Source: Candidatus Poribacteria bacterium
GTDB taxonomy: Bacteria; Poribacteria; WGA-4E; PCPOR2b
DNA: 64,000 nucleotides
Direction: 5' to 3'
Assembly: GCA_965208675.1 (NCBI GenBank)
Contig: OZ242351.1
Coordinates: 480,001-544,000, forward strand
Position numbers and translations under genes: made by a program. Shown piece after piece: positions 63,701-64,000 of this stretch. The notes under the pieces were generated by a model. It was not told the origin of the DNA. It was given only the letters and a program-made list of their open reading frames with translations, and did no database searches. Positions within the stretch are counted from its first letter, which is position 1. Each line of letters begins with the position of its first letter.

Positions 63701-64000
63701 TCGCGGGAACCATCAAATTCCATTATCCCAATATTCCAATTGCCATTACGCTTGGTTTGGAATGCTATTTGGCTTGTGTCCGGCGCCCATGTCGGGTATA
63801 CATCTTGATGCGTGTTACGGGTCAATTGAACAGCTTGCAACTCGGCGCCTGAGAAGACTGCTGAAGCATTGCGCGCAACCCAAATCTCAAAATCCCCGTC
63901 TACGTCCGCCGCAAATGCGATTTGTTCACCTCTAGGCGACCAGGCTGGTGTGACTAACCCGGTCCCAAGGCTCGGATGCGAAGACCGTTCCCTTGTTGTG
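60754..64000 (-). CDS. large exported protein: PD40/TolB-like repeats, Ig-like domains and a C-terminal FlgD-Ig/secretion-tail-like domain (5' end beyond window)
   Basis: PAWSPRG, PTWAPD, PVWSPNG and DWSPDG repeats; GENRIEIKAENS Ig motif; FYPNP...KIYDAAGQLV...WNCQNQAGESVASGVY tail; frame checked open from 63840 to the window edge. Confidence 0.8.
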   Translation of the reverse strand, partial: TTRERSSHPSLGTGLVTPAWSPRGEQIAFAADVDGDFEIWVARNASAVFSGAELQAVQLTRNTHQDVYPTWAPDTSQIAFQTKRNGNWNIGIMEFDGSREKLLHQSFANETRPVWSPNGKSMLFISDQGKDLQSPFVLNLQDGQITQISPIASAGQSPPFGQFIESADWSPDGKAIVYQSSDALYFMSIEFPDLPIEVRLERPVNGEQVHGKVNFLGIARGELFREYRLEYASTSSLNEWHRIGGKSTAPVTPEPFDIENANPLVGKFLGQWDARKLRGAYVLRLVVVTTNGDEIEDRIKVFVENEYPRLEILYPLEGLHTSDRFITVHGRTDQQRTVTLNNAAVYLDEEGRFESQLLLREGENRIEIKAENSIGLETRVYRNVVWGDHPPEIVVESPQDFAILNVPYVTVSGHTKTAEVQLKINGVAIPLQPDRRFSRTLSLQAEDPDHVGDEANLIRVEAVNRIRRRAEILRRVIYQPELDVRKDANPPGIAEIFPPDGAVLAQPHTKITAVLIDDSEIASSTIQFSFDEQEYVFDGTEDAKIFDGNSLDFNLETGRFTHIPPNELVDGLHTFKLVVQDTQGNSTENVDFESIIDTQPFYAAISANRTEDVLKVFVETNKRLAVIRSAEILPSGSLLGYSLNLNSSDRNELGTAPVEINDVRLFRYESEFRIAPSQNGFSLSATVQPSQYGRDIHAKNIQIPLVGYFTDRNRLSGLASTRLPQYILEQLPLHALIRLYVESGPEVVLFHQSMARDLKMTLRSQSGSDQNLVSAQNHNAMQRRLSILPAVYIIEANYEEWDSLLWFNSPYPRPSPVLDSSHVALTTIDSQPNGFEEGENTGDMVLFWWNPRDESWIPIDTTTNEFGTLEAVGHRFGSYALMTEKDAQIIHSIRPGDGDEVPLSPYFVEGVITDGGSGVDSIEMRVDGRPVQIHFERNTDRLSYIPSELNAGEHTLALKATDRTENSVYHRQTFFTSEIFDFVDVVTFYPNPAKYEVKIGFNLTKSADVTLKIYDAAGQLVHTVEWQDVTGKPPGSSTGKFYWNCQNQAGESVASGVYILILEATRGEQSVSRSGKFAVVR

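Noticed and set aside
16-63935. Numerous short ORFs in the six-frame track that overlap larger genes (e.g. 16-267, 4969-5505, 17515-18099, 47953-48600, 51314-51580)
   Set aside because: They are antisense or alternate-frame shadows of well-supported genes, or span terminators, and have no motifs or ribosome-binding sites.
1-64000. tRNA, rRNA, T-box upstream of glyQS/trpD, integrase or att sites for the island
   Set aside because: No cloverleaf, rRNA-like stretch, T-box consensus, integrase or flanking direct repeat was recognised by eye; tRNAscan-SE or Infernal would be decisive.

Overview
Bacterial chromosomal window with roughly 50% GC by eye. An LPS heptosyltransferase indicates a diderm. 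The gene mix (two PhyH-family dioxygenases, a DUF6785-type membrane protein, an extended ECF sigma factor, giant beta-propeller and FlgD-Ig proteins) is reminiscent of Ca. Poribacteria, which is inference only. Left part: metabolic genes (purB, an AcoX-like gene, a Zn-dependent dehydrogenase, a three-subunit xanthine-dehydrogenase-family molybdoenzyme), then mutS with a 387-aa intein in its Walker A motif. An accessory/defence island follows (~18.2-34.3 kb): a broken type III Res, a CPBP protease, an orphan HicB, a SLATT-like protein, a type III Mod, an ABC-ATPase/TOPRIM-like protein, a STAS-like protein, a BatA/vWA protein, an IS3 element, a DNase I-like lipoprotein and an ECF sigma factor. 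The Mod gene contains an in-frame DUF559/Vsr-like endonuclease cassette bounded by 29-bp inverted repeats, and a solo copy of that repeat lies 2.4 kb upstream. Next is a 16-kb co-oriented cluster of three collinear ~1350-1400 aa exported beta-propeller paralogues plus an Asp-rich outer-membrane-barrel-like gene split by an in-frame TAG. Right part: a solo groEL with CIRCE and a His-rich tail, rhaI, glyQS, a GNAT gene split by TAG, trpD, a PfkB kinase, a GT9 glycosyltransferase and a large PD40/Ig/FlgD-Ig protein running off the window. No rRNA, tRNA or CRISPR array was seen.
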